From assembly GCF_009914755.1 (NCBI RefSeq), contig NC_060934.1: a DNA stretch of 64,000 nt. One strand, given 5' to 3'. This document shows positions 30,534-44,158 of the stretch, piece after piece (position 1 is the stretch's first letter; every line of letters begins with the position of its first letter). The position numbers and the translations under genes were made by a program. Under the pieces are notes generated by a model. The model worked only from the letters and a program-made list of their open reading frames with translations, did not search any database and was not told where the DNA came from. Source of the DNA: the human T2T-CHM13v2.0 reference genome, Homo sapiens.

Positions 30534-32074
30534 GGAGGTAATCATTCGATTTTGTTCTTAGGAGAATGTAGATCTAGAAATCTGGATTCATTTTATTCTC
30601 TCATAACCAGGAAAATAATTCTCCTTTCCATTCAGTGGCACGTTATCCATCCATCAAAATTAAGTAATTGGAAGAAATAATTTACCAAGAATAAAATATT
30701 AGGAAATTGTTGCTTAACTTACAGCAGTCCTCCAATGTAGTGGGTGCAAATTACCATTTCTTTCTCTCCTTTACCTCATATCCCTAATTACTTGTATTTG
30801 ATTAAGTCATCCTCTCCTCTTTTTATCTTCCATCAGTTTGTATCTCCTAACTCTTCACCAGGTAGCTTATTAAAGTTCTCCACATTGTGTAAATTCCTTT
30901 TACTTCCACAAATCTTCTGATAAAGGGCTTGAAAACAGGACCTGGACAATTTGCAATAACATCACGTACATGACTACTCTAAAACTCCATAAAATTAAAG
31001 TGCAATTAAATGAGTTTAAAATTATATAAATTGAACACTTAATGATCCTGCCCAAGAGCTTTTAGGATGCATTTTTATAATGTGCATTACTTTAAAAATT
31101 AAGATATTTAAGTTAGTGGGGAGATACTTTAAAGCTATGGTTAAAAGTACATTTATATTAAAATATAGTTAAAAGTTAGAAAACAATCATTTACCCAGTC
31201 TGAAAAATCCCATGGAAATAAATGTCTTCTGCACCTTAGATATGTTTTACAGCAGCAACATTGTGCTGAAGGAACCATACAAATATTGCAGCTAAATGAG
31301 AACACTGAAATTGATTAAAGAGTTTTTCATGGAAGCTAAATGTATTACAATTACAATAAGCAAGTAGAAGCATAATTTCATAAGTTTTTAAAGATAATTC
31401 ACAAAGGAAAGTTTTTTAATTTGGAATGTTTACAAATGTTAGCTAGGATATATTTGGAGTAACTAGTACTGGTTATCCTGGAGAAGAAATAGCCATTGAG
31501 CACTTCAACAGAAAGCATCTTGATGAATATTACATTATTTATGAAATTAAAGTTGTAAGTTACAGTTCTGAAACACTCTCTGATGGCTATAACTACCAAG
31601 ATAGTCAACATGATTTTATGTTATGCTGTTTAAGAAATTTGAAACACTTTTTTGGAACAAAGTGAAAGTAAAGAGAAAGTGAGATAGAGATGAGAGAGAG
31701 AAAGAGAAGAAATCAAGAATTTCAAATGTCTGAAATATTCTCAACATTACACGAGGTACTAAGGGAGTACAGGAGAACCAAACAATTCATGAGGTAGTTG
31801 GAAAGATCAAGTTAACAAGCCGGAAGAAATGCATGCTGTTCTGTATTCAATAGCTTGCCGTTTCTGAGCTGCCATTAATTAGCAAAGAAAGAACAGAAAA
31901 AGTAAAATTTAGACATCAAAACATGACAAAACTCATCACACTACTTTATATGGCGTCCAAATAAAGTTACTTAAATAAACAAAATTATCAATAAGTAAAA
32001 AAGTACTGTCTATAACATTATGAGATATTCTGTAAGGACCAAAATGTACCATGTATTTTGAGGACTTTATACCA

Positions 32075-32270
32075 AGAAATGCAAAATTGCTCATTAATAT
32101 TTTTACATTGATCACAGGTTAAATGTGTAAAATAATATTTTAATTTTTTATCTATATTGGACTAAATGAAATACATGATTAAAATTAATTTTACCTATTT
32201 TATTGTGACTACTAGAAAGTCTTAATGAAATAATTGGCTTGCATTATATTTCTACTGAGCAGCACCGATC
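32075..32270. mobile_element. MER33/MER3-like hAT-Charlie fragment
   Basis: ATTAAAATTAATTTTACCTATTTTATTGTGACTACTAGAAA...GGCTTGCATTATATTTCTACTGAGCAGCAC. Confidence 0.7.
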
Positions 32271-32763
32271 TGGAAGTGCTTACTTCTCTGCATATAACAG
32301 TGATGAATATAAATATTAACTTTAGAAATTCAGTAAAGAAGAGAGATAAGAATAGAGACAGGATAATAGGAAGTCCTCCTAAGGACATAAGGCTTAGGCT
32401 GGGCCTTGTTGATATCAAGGGAAGGAAAAATGGAAGAGGGCTAAGCCAAGACATAAAGATGACAATGAGTTTGACATAGGGTGATGGCTATTTGGCAACC
32501 ATTATTATCGCACCAAATAGCATCTGCAAAAGATCAAACAAGAAAGAATGAGTTTGGATTTTTTTTCAAATGAACACGAGGGAATAAAAATGTTGACGTG
32601 TATTTCTAATTTGACATGGTAATGAACAACCAAAACTAATCAGAGAACAGCCCTGAATTGACGAACATCAGTTTCCAGTTTGAAAGTCTACCAAGGACTC
32701 AGCACAATGAATGAAATGAGAAAATTAGGGTGAATCTTTGTGCAGTTTCAGAATCCCAGAATA

Positions 32764-33104
32764 CAGTAGTCCCCTGGTATCACCAAGCATTGGTTCCAGG
32801 ATATCCCCAATACTAAAATATTGGGATGCTCAAGCCCCTTATTTAAAATGACATAGTATTTGCATATAACCTATGCATATAACCCAAATAATTTCTAAAT
32901 TAGTTAGTATTAAATTAGTAATAAATTACTATTATCTTAATACAGTGTAAATACTATGTAAATAGTATTTATTATGTAGTTATTATGTAGTTATGCCGTA
33001 TTTTTATTATTTTTGTATTGTTATTTTTGTTTTTTACCAAATATTTTTGATCCACAGTTGGATGAATCCATGGATGCAAAATCCATAGATACAGAAGGCT
33101 CTTG
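32764..33104. mobile_element. MER2 (TcMar-Tigger) fossil
   Basis: TA|CAGTAGTCCCCTGGTATC...TTGGTTCCAGGA...GATGCTCAAGCCCCTTATTTAAAATG...GAATCCATGGATGCAAAATCCATAGATACAGAAGGCTCTTG|TA. Confidence 0.85.
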
Positions 33105-33204
33105 TAACGAGAAGTCCTAAAAGCTTTCAGAATCCAAAAGAGTAGAAACTCAATGATATCAACCTTCTCAATCACAGCATTAAATAGTAAAAGCTCACAG
33201 CGAT

Positions 33205-33835
33205 AGGCTTTCAATCAATTGCCAAATAACAAACCACCCTAAAACTTAGTGGCTTCAAGCAACAGCTGTTTGATTATGCCTAAAAATTTATGTCAGGGCA
33301 CAGCAGTGATGGCTTTGCTCTTCCCATGATGACTGAGGCCTCAGCCTGGGAGCTTGAATAGCTGAAAATAGTTGGGATAGGTTGACTGGGTTCATAACCT
33401 AGGACTTCAACTTTGGTTGTTAGATGGTTTTTGTTTTTGTTTTTGTTTTTCCTTTCTTCAGTCACATCCACTGGCTAGAAATGTTCAAGATGACTCATTT
33501 CCACAATATCTGGGGTCTGGGCTGGGATGGCAGGAACAGCTGGGGACTGCCCAGTCATCTCTTGTTCCCTGCCTCCTCTTTACATGGCTACCTTGGGCCT
33601 CTTCGTGACATGGTCATCTCAGTGTATTGCTTCCCTAGAGCAAGAGTTTTAAGAGGGAAATGTGGAAGGTGCAAGGGCTTTTAATGACCTAGTTTCAGAA
33701 TTCCTAGAATATTTTGGCCTCATTCTATTAGTCAGGTGAATCACTAAGACCATCCCAGACTCAAGGAGAGGGTAATTAGATTGCATCTCTCAAAAGGAGT
33801 TGCAAAAAATCTGCAGTTGTGTATAATATCCACTA
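33205..33835 (-). mobile_element. MLT1 (F-like) MaLR solo LTR
   Basis: TAACAAACCACCCTAAAACTTAGTGGCTTCAAGCAAC...CATTCTATTAGTCAGGTGAATCACTAAGACCATCCCAGACTCAAGGAGAGGG. Confidence 0.75.
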
Positions 33836-33949
33836 AAAAGAAAATTATTTTTAGTTTAGAATGATATATTCAGCTTAGCTTTCAACTGAGTGTGAAAATA
33901 GACATTTCATGCATATAATAACTTGGTGTTTTGCTCCAATATGTCATTT

Positions 33950-34470
33950 CTTTGGAATCTACTGAAGAACTATTACATGCCAAAATAAAGGAAGCTGATT
34001 AATAAAGAGAAAGATGCAGAATCTAGGAAACACCAGCTATGAAACAAACATAAAAACCCACTAGTACAAATTGTGTAGTGAATTGAGCCTCACGAACAGA
34101 GGAATTCATGGGAATTAAATAAAGAAAAAAAATGAATAGTAGATGTTTGTGTGTTTGGAGTAAACATTGATTAACAGGCATTTGATAGAGGCAATAAAGC
34201 TAACTAATTACAGGTATATTGAAACTGATCCAAATAACACATATTAACTAAAGAAAAACAAAACTATATCTAAGAAAAAAATATAAAAATATTTACGATA
34301 AACCTACTGAGAGAACAGAAGAAGCTAACTGGAGATGAGGGGCTGTGTAAATTTGACAAAGCAAGAAAGTTTCATTTAAAAGCATGATAAACATATTATT
34401 TAGAAATATGGAGATAAGTATCTAAATAAACAACTAAAAGAAATAAAAACAGGTTTCCTCTGCAGAAAAA
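33950..34470 (+). mobile_element. Ancient L1-family (HAL1-like) fragment
   Basis: A-rich; TTATTTAGAAATATGGAGATAAGTATCTAAATAAACAACTAAAAG...TTTCCTCTG resembles the HAL1 3' region. Confidence 0.45.
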
Positions 34471-34878
34471 AACTGATTTCAGGGTCACACTTTAAAGAAA
34501 AACTGAAATGTATAGGAGCACATCAGAGCAAAGTGAGCAGAAGGGAAGCATGGCTCTGCCATAGCACATGAGAAATTAGCCACATGGGCTACATCCCTAG
34601 GGAATCTGGTGGCTTTGAGTATCTGAAGACTGTACTGTGGGCAAAGACCTGACTTAATTTTTTGTGTCTTTAAGGGACAAAACTGGAACAAGTGAATGAA
34701 AGTTACCATTCTCCTTAAAGAAGATTTTTTCCTATAAGGAAAACTGTCTGAAAATAGAGGTGCAGAAAACTCTCTGCCCCTAGAGTTGTTCAAGTAAAGC
34801 CAAAGAGCTTTGATCAATTATGCCTTTACAAAGCTCCCAAAATGTAACCCCAGATATGAATTAAAAAGTAAATGACAG

Positions 34879-35174
34879 GGCCGAGCTCGGTGGCTCATGC
34901 CTGTAATCCGAGCACTTTGGGAGGCCAAGGCGGCCGGATCACGAGGTCAGGAGATTCAGACCATCCGGGTTAACATGGTGAAAACCCGTCTATACTAAAA
35001 ATACAAAAAAATTAGCCCGGCGTGGTGGCGGGCGCCTGTAGTCCCAGCTACTAGAGAGGCTGAGGCAAGAGAACGGCGTGAACCCAGGAGTCGGAGCCTG
35101 GAGTGAGCCGAGATGGCGCCACTGCACTCCAGCCTGGGCGACAGAGCAAGACTCCATCTCAAAAATAAATAAAT
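34879..35174 (+). mobile_element. AluY
   Basis: GGATCACGAGGTCAGGAGAT and GGCGTGAACCC, CpG-rich. TSD AAAGTAAATGACA (34865-34877) / AAAGTAAACGACA (35175-35187). Confidence 0.96.
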
Positions 35175-36756
35175 AAAGTAAACGACAACTGGGACCCTCG
35201 ATTTACCTTATTCATTATATTTTCTCTGCCAGGAATATGTTAGTGTCTTAAAATATGCGGAGTCAGGCTCAGCATCTTCCTCTGCTAAGAAAGAGATTAG
35301 GTTTTATTTGTCAAAGGGTACCTGGGACAGTGGGCTGGCTCTGGACAAGGGATGGCAGATACATGCCACCACACCCCCTTCCTACCCATGGCAGACATCA
35401 CTATACCCACAGGAAACTGTCCTGCTGCCTAGGTGGGAATCCTGCTCAACATAACATTCAGTGATTATCAACTGTAGCTGGCATATAAAATGAATCCTGC
35501 TTGTCCTGTCTGGTCTAGGATAAATTTGGCCTCTTACTTCATGTCACAGCAGCACCCTTGCCCATCCTTCTGACATTTCTTTTTTTATTCTGTTTTGTTT
35601 TTACATGGATGCCTATTCTGCGATGTTGATAATCCTTGCTTAGATATTAACTGATAAATATTATTTTATGTGTTTACCATCTATGCTGTTCAGATTGTAT
35701 ACTAAAGATACATGAGGGGAGGCATTCAAATGTGCAATCAATATAGATGTAGATGCATTACATTTTCTTTAGCAGATGAAATATGAAAGGATCTTTTTTT
35801 CTTATTTGCACAAAGGTTAGCAGTGAGATAGTTTGAACATATAAGTGATTAACTGGTAATGACATTTTACTAGAAGTGGTTCTACAAGTTTAGAGCTATG
35901 TATACTTTCAACAGCATCCAGACCAACTCGCTGTTTATAAATATAGAAACTAAGTCCCCAAATTGGTAAGTAGTTTTGTGTAGAATGGAACAATGAATTG
36001 GAGCCAGAACAAGAAATCAAGTCTACTTGAATAGAATTTCGTGGCCTTTCTACTATATAGTGATCTTCCAACAGGGGTCTGATCCAGAAAATAACAAGAT
36101 ATATATTTTTTAATATGTACTTAGCAAAAATTTGTAACTGGAATGACAGACAGGAAGGTTTACATTTTGTGTCAAGAAGCCAGTCTTAGAAAACATCACT
36201 AAACAACCTCACAGCCCCTTTTGCCCGGAAAGAGAAATTCATGAGTCCAGGCTGTTGGTAGGTGAGAGGAGAAAGCTGCACCCAGGAAATAAGGCTCCAT
36301 AAGTCAGTTGTGGGTATTGTAAATTCTGAGAGAATAGGACTAAAAAAAAAAAAAAGAAAAAAAAACCCACTAAGTCATTAAGAAGCCTTTTCAAATGTGT
36401 TAGAAAAAAAGATGAAATTAAAAAAAAAAAAAGAGGAAAGAAACAGGGTATTACAGGTAAGCCGTGGGCAATTTATGTTCATGACTTAATTAGTTTTATG
36501 CTGAATAATATCATTAATGGCTTAATGTGATATAATTAATGCCAAGATTTAGTAATTATACAGTGATTATAATTAAACCCAACAATTAAATTTATGGGCA
36601 AAAAATGAGATAAAGGAAGTAAGATGCATGCTTCATCAATGAAAATATTCCTTAATGAATAAAGAATCAAATACTTCAAAAATGATGTTGTTTGTAGAAA
36701 GTCTTCACACAGTTACTTCTCACCTCACAATTCATGCATATAAATTTTTATGTACA

Positions 36757-37046
<290 letters not shown>

Positions 37047-37169
37047 TCATGTACAGCAAGTAAACACAGAAATGAGCACTGAATCTGTCTAACCCCATTA
37101 TGTAGTCAATGCATCCAAATAATGAATTTGTTTCATAGTTTGTGAATTTTATATTAATGGCTACCACCT

Positions 37170-37390
37170 TGTGATCAGGCACACATTTATCATGTACACA
37201 TTTCTTAAATCATTAGATCCTCCCAAAAAATCGGTGGGATGTATTATATTCCCTTGTATTATTTCTAGAGATAGGTAAGGAAACTGATACTCAAAGGGCC
37301 TGTGGTACTTGGTCAAGATCTCAGCAGGCAGTGGTGGAGTCAGAATTTGAAACTTGGTGACTGTCATGCAAAAGTCTTCTCTTTTCTAAG
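37170..37390 (-). mobile_element. MIR SINE
   Basis: AGATAGGTAAGGAAACTGATACTCAAAGGG...ACTTGGTCAAGATCTCAGCAGGCAGTGGTGGAGTCAGAATTTGAAAC. Confidence 0.75.
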
Positions 37391-37708
37391 CACCCCAGTT
37401 CCTTCCCTTATTGCCCCAGCCTCAGTGTTCCTGTATTTACAAGGCTTTTCTAATTTGCCTTCTAGATTCTCAGAGATATCTTAGTAAACTACAGATGGCT
37501 TTAAACTGTTGACTCTAGACCACACTCTCAAACCAGAGTCTGCTAATGCCTAGCATCTCAGGATCTGAAGCTGTGGAGGGGGAGTACAGGGTGGGGTGTG
37601 GCTGGGGCAGGAAGTAGAATGATGGAACAGTTTGGGGGTGACACAGGAACAAAGGACTCTGCCTGTACTTTGATTGATTTGTTTCTTCTGTCATGATGGG
37701 TATAACTT

Positions 37709-37757
37709 TGTGTTAGAATTCTTCAGAGAAATGGAACCCATGGTATATATTTATATA

Positions 37758-37794
<37 letters not shown>

Positions 37795-38590
37795 ATATGT
37801 ATATGTGTATATATGTATACGTATATACACATATATATACACATATATGTGTATATATACGTATACGTATATACACATATATGTGTATATACGTATACGT
37901 ATATATACACATATATGTGTATATATGTGTATATGTATATGTATATATACTTATATGTGTATATATACATATATACATATATGTATATATGTGTGTATAT
38001 GTGTGTATATATGTGTGTGTATATATATACATATATACATATATACACACACTCATATATATACACACAAATATACATATATACATATATACACATATAT
38101 AAATATACACACACACATATGTTTATGTATATGTTTATGTATATATGTAGACAGAGAGATTTATTTATTACAAGGTATTAGCTCATATGATTATAAAGAC
38201 TGAGAAGTGCCACAATTGATCAACCACCTGGAATCTGCAAGCTGGAGACCCAGGAAACCCAGGGGTGTAGGTCCAGAGTCCAGAGGCCTGAGAACCAGGG
38301 GAGCTGATGATGTAAATTCCAGTCTGAATCCAAGGGGAGGAGGAGGCCTATGTCCCAGTTTCTCAGTTCACAGTAAATTATCCCCTCCTCTGCATTTTTG
38401 TTCTATTCAGGTCCTCAATGGATCAGAAGATGCCAGCAACATTGGGGAAGGCAAGCTGCTGTACTCAGTCCTGGGACCCAAACACGAATCTCATTCAGAA
38501 ACATTCTCCCAGACAAAGCCAGAGATAATGTTTAGCCAAATATCCTGGCACCCCATGACCTGGTTAAGTTAACACAAATTAACCGTTACA
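37709..38590 (-). mobile_element. MLT2B-like ERVL solo LTR containing an expanded microsatellite
   Basis: TGTGTTAGAATTCTTCAGAGAAATGGAACC...GAGATTTATTTATTACAAGGTATTAGCTCATATGATT...CTGCAAGCTGGAGACCCAGGAAA...AAGTTAACACAAATTAACCGTTACA. Confidence 0.88.
37745..38148. repeat. ~400-bp alternating purine-pyrimidine (TG/TA/CA/CG) compound repeat with internal palindrome
   Basis: Directly visible. It produces the Y/I/V/C/H-rich pseudo-ORFs on both strands. Confidence 0.97.
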
Positions 38591-38950
38591 CATGTGCACA
38601 TACCTCTATGGCTAACAGTCTTCTGCCCCAGTTCTTAGAAATAGATTCTGCCCTTTCATAAGAACTGTCTTCTCCAAAGCTACATGTGCTCACTACTTTT
38701 GTCTATTTTAATTTACACAAAGGGAAATCCTTGGCCCTTCATATATTCTGGATTGTTTATTGCTTGTTTATATTTGGAGGGATATTTTTTCAGGGTTTTT
38801 AGAAAATTCCAGGACGAATTTTCTCATTGTATCTCGGACACAAAAGAAGTCTGACACCCTGGAGACGCAAGCCAGTTAAATAAACCATACTGTTGCTGTC
38901 TTCCCAGTGTCCTCTGATATCTACTGCCATTCAACTTTAAGAGAGGAGAG

Positions 38951-39261
38951 GGCTGGGCGCGGTGGCTCACGCCTGTAATCCCAGCACTTTGGGAGACCGA
39001 GGTGGGCAGATCATGAGGTCAGGAGATCAAGACCATCCTGGCTAACACGGTGAAACCCCATCTCTACTAAAAATACAAAAAAAAAAAATTAGCTGGGCGT
39101 GGTGGCGGGCGACTGTGGTCCCAGCTACTCGGAGAGCCTGAGGCAGGAGAATGGCGTGAATCTGGGAGGCGGAGCTTGCAGTGAGCTGAGATCGCGCCAC
39201 TGCACTCCAGCCTGGGCGAAAGAGCAAGACTCCGCCTCAAAAAAAAAAATAAATAAATAAA
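38951..39261 (+). mobile_element. AluY
   Basis: GAGATCAAGACCATCCTGGCTAACACGG and GGAGAATGGCGTGAA...GGAGCTTGCAGTGAG. Confidence 0.96.
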
Positions 39262-39887
39262 GGAGAGAGGCTGCAACTGCAATGTACCCAATCAAAGCCC
39301 GGCCACTCAAGCAGAGAACACAGAGACTCTGGAAGATCAAGCAGAGTGGGAAGCAGGCTTGGAATGCCAAATACCTATATGGAGGAGAGTAGACGGGTAT
39401 TTCAGTTACATCAGGAGATGGATTTGTTCCTAAAACTGCACCACAATGAAGGTTTAGCTGGCAGCTATAATATTCCATATGTTCCCTGTTGAGAAAGAGC
39501 CATCCCAGGTTAAGAGTTTAGTAAGCCAGAGAGAGTTTTCCTCTTCAATAATCCAAAGTTTTGAGTCAGGCGCAAGTCAGTAATGCTTTACTACCCAGGG
39601 TGAACACATACAATGACACTAGGAATATAGAAAGGCCAAAATGAGAACTAGAGACAAAGACAGCAGGAAGTTCATCAGAGAAACAGCACAAAAGAGCAAA
39701 TAGCTCATTGTGATGATTTGCGCCAGGTTGACTGAATTTGCTTTTAAATGAAGAATCGTTAAAACTGCCACTTAGAGAGAAAACAAGGTGACAATATAAG
39801 ATCTTTGCAATCTTCTTAAATATGTGGGTTCATAAGAATGTGTCTGCAGAGGGTTTGATAACTGAGTACTCCTTTGAGAGACTTTGA

Positions 39888-40200
<313 letters not shown>

Positions 40201-40369
40201 GGGATTTTTAATAAAAATTCTTCCTAAAATTTTGTAAGGAAACTTATAAGATATTAAAAAGAAGAAAAGTACCAAGTTGTGTGGAAGTCACCAAATCACG
40301 TAGTGCTAACTGACATCAGCAACATGGAAAGATGAGCTAAGAATATTCACACATCCCCATTTCATTTCC

Positions 40370-40791
40370 CAACTACCCTTTCTGTTCAATACCTCAGAAA
40401 GCTACAAAATGGAAAAATGCACATTTAGCTTCCCTAGTAGATTTGGAGAGGTCGATGTGATATAGTCCTGGCCAATAGTACATATAAGAATTGTGCAGTT
40501 TCTGCTTCTTGCCCTTACTCATCCTTGCTGGAATATATGATGCCTGGAGACACACTAGCCATTGGGAACCATGAGGTGACAACCATGAAGATAAGAAGCC
40601 AAAAAACTAAGGATGACAGAGTGGGCCAGAGAAAGGCCCCTGATGGCATCACTGAGCAGCTGTACTAGGTTTGGACTGCTGACATCTGAAATCCCTCTTA
40701 GTTGAGAAAAATAATATTTTAAATGTTTAAGTCACTTTAGGAACAATGACGATGTTTGTTCCTTGCAGCCAAGAAGATTCCTAACCAATAT
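40370..40791 (+). mobile_element. Old MaLR LTR (MLT1J/K-like)
   Basis: GAACCATGAGGTGACAACCATGAAGATAAGAAGCCAA...CTAAGGATGACAGAG...CCTGATGGCATCACTGAGCAGCTG...TGTTTAAGTCACT...TTGCAGCCAA. Confidence 0.7.
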
Positions 40792-41547
40792 GACATTTAA
40801 AATGTTATTAATGTCCTCCAACATTAAGATGATTATTTTTTTCCCAGAAGAGGGCTGTTAATTGGTTTTAACTAGGAAGAAGCCTACTTCTTTTTTTATT
40901 CTAAATAAAAATACACCTCCCTCTTTTGCTCTTTATTTTCTTATGAGTTGACTTATTAGGGCTGTACTGGCCCCACCTCTAAAAGAAACTCAAAAGTGTA
41001 AGGACCCTGGCACTTCTTAAAATAAAATAAAATTCCAATCTTAAAAGGCTGATCAGGGAGGGAGAATCCTCACCCAGTGGCAGAGATGAGAGGAGGGAGA
41101 TTCCTTAGGGATTAGGACAATCTTATGTGTAGGATGTGCATGAATCAGATTTCAGCGTTTAATCCATCATCCTTCTCTGAGTAGAGATCCTCCCTCATTA
41201 AGGGGCCTTGTGAACTTAAGTTTAATTTCACAAAGAATGCAGATGAGCTTCTTTATGTAAATCTGTAAGAATCTGAGAAGTGAAAACCCAAACTCCTGTT
41301 TAGATGCAGAGAGTCCAAGATACCTATATAAACTTCTAAGAGGAATTATAAAACTAAATATAAAAGAACAAGGGGCACAATAAAAAATTTTGTTCTAATC
41401 CTTCTAACTGGAAATGAAAAAGAGCCCAGAATCTGGCACAAAAAAACAAGATCCATTTTTTCCAGAGCAGAGGGGGCTTTGTAAGAACGTCCCCACCTGT
41501 AAGGCTCTGCCAATGCGACGTAGAAGCCCCTTGAAAACAGTATTTTA

Positions 41548-42048
<501 letters not shown>

Positions 42049-43005
42049 TTAAAAAGCATTTTTTCACATATTTCATATAAACAAATCTCAGTCATAAAAT
42101 GAAATATAAATCTTTTATGTGCATGACCAATAGTTGGATGCAAATAACTGCATTCTGAAGCGAGATAATTTCATCCTTCAACCATACTGCTGAATAGAGA
42201 AATTGCAAATATTAACTTTCTGTGACAAACATTAACAATTTCATAAAGAAGGAATAGATTAATATTTTATCAAAAATGAGCTGAATATTTTCTTCCACTA
42301 TTTCTTCAGCTAAGCAGAAATGTTGTCTGAGTTGAGAATCAGCCTAAAACAGATGCTTTGTTATGCACATCTCATTTTTTTAAATATGACTAATGTTATT
42401 CATTGTATAGAAGCTACTGAAGTTCCCACTGAAATAAGATTGATTTTGAATTTCTCTCAAGAAACTTCCTCTTTTATCAGTATTAATAAAATCGCTGTGC
42501 CTTAAATAATTCAATTTCCGTTTATTTTCCACCTGGAGAGCTTTAGAAACTTAAAAAAATCCACTAATTTTAGAAAACATAAGCATTGTTCCATTGGATA
42601 GTTTTTTTTTTCCTACTGTAGTTTTGTAAAATACATATTCTAAAAAAGGACTCAAGGACAAGGAAGCATTATAGTGTCTTCAAACAAATCCTTTTTGAGG
42701 AATAGAGAGTAATGACTTAAAGAATTTTGTGGAGGGTTCTGTCTGCAAATTGCAGCTAAAGTTGAACATGACTCTGGAAATAATTTTAGTCTCTGCTGGA
42801 AATTGGAAAATACAAGATTTTCTTACTTCCTATGCTCATCAGAATAAAGCATCTCTACAAACTACATTCTTAATCTTTTCTTATAATATGGCTGTATTGC
42901 TTTTATACGACATTAATAAATGATTTACCTTGCCACAAATAGAAGCTTAATGCAATGCTATTCCATTCATTCAATCTTTCATCAAACATTTATTAAGCAT
43001 CTTCT

Positions 43006-43369
<364 letters not shown>

Positions 43370-43399
43370 TTAAACCCTACTATAATCTTTCCTGTATTT

Positions 43400-43407
43400 T
43401 GTGTGTG

Positions 43408-43442
<35 letters not shown>

Positions 43443-43443
43443 A
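43400..43443. repeat. (TG)n microsatellite, ~21 units with one interruption
   Basis: Directly visible. Confidence 0.95.
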
Positions 43444-44108
43444 TTATACAATACCCGCCTGTGTGATATAAAACAAATTTCATTATATGCAGAGGATGTT
43501 ATTCAGCAAGTAACACAACCTCTTTGGACTTCATTTTCACCCATGTAAAATGAGAGAAACAAACTTAGAGTGTTGTGATGATTAGAGTTAATTTACTTTA
43601 AGTTTCTGTCATCTACTGGGTAGGCTGTCACAAAATTCTATCCTTATCTGTAAGTAAGAAATGTCTGACTTAAATTCTGTTGCTGATCTATGGAGCTGGG
43701 TGGGAGAAGGTTAACCTTTATTGTATATTCATTGCATTGAATGTCTTGGAACAAGTTCCTCTGTAAGAAATCCTTCTATAATCTCAAACTCAGAAATGAG
43801 TCCAATTATTCCATTCATTATCAAACATGAATATGCCTCCATCCAAGACTGATCCTTTTAGTAATACACTCAAGTAAAATGTTATATACTGATCTTCCTT
43901 GGGGAAGGGTGTAGAGTTTCAAACTACCAAGTGATTTTTAGCATTTGGTCTTGATTTCTCACAATGTCTTAATGACAGAAGGAGAATGACAGAAGGGGAA
44001 AAAATGTTTCTTTTCTTTTGTTGTTTCATTAGAAGCAAGTAATACCATGAAAAAATGTTTCAAATCTTCCTCTTAAATATTTACCAAAACACCTACATGA
44101 TTGATGTT

Positions 44109-44158
44109 CTCTGAACGTCTCTGAATGTATCTGAATGTCTGAATGTATCTCTGAAATG
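44109..44158. repeat. Short degenerate tandem repeat, core TCTGAATGT, ~5 copies
   Basis: TCTCTGAACG TCTCTGAATG TATCTGAATG TCTGAATG TATCTCTGAAATG. Confidence 0.8.

Noticed and set aside
36342-36432. Two poly-A tracts suggesting a processed pseudogene tail
   Set aside because: No upstream ORF or retroelement body and no TSD found.
37674-38203. Five overlapping 120-146 aa ORFs rich in Y/I/V/C/H
   Set aside because: They are translations of a dinucleotide repeat that lacks stop codons, not genes.
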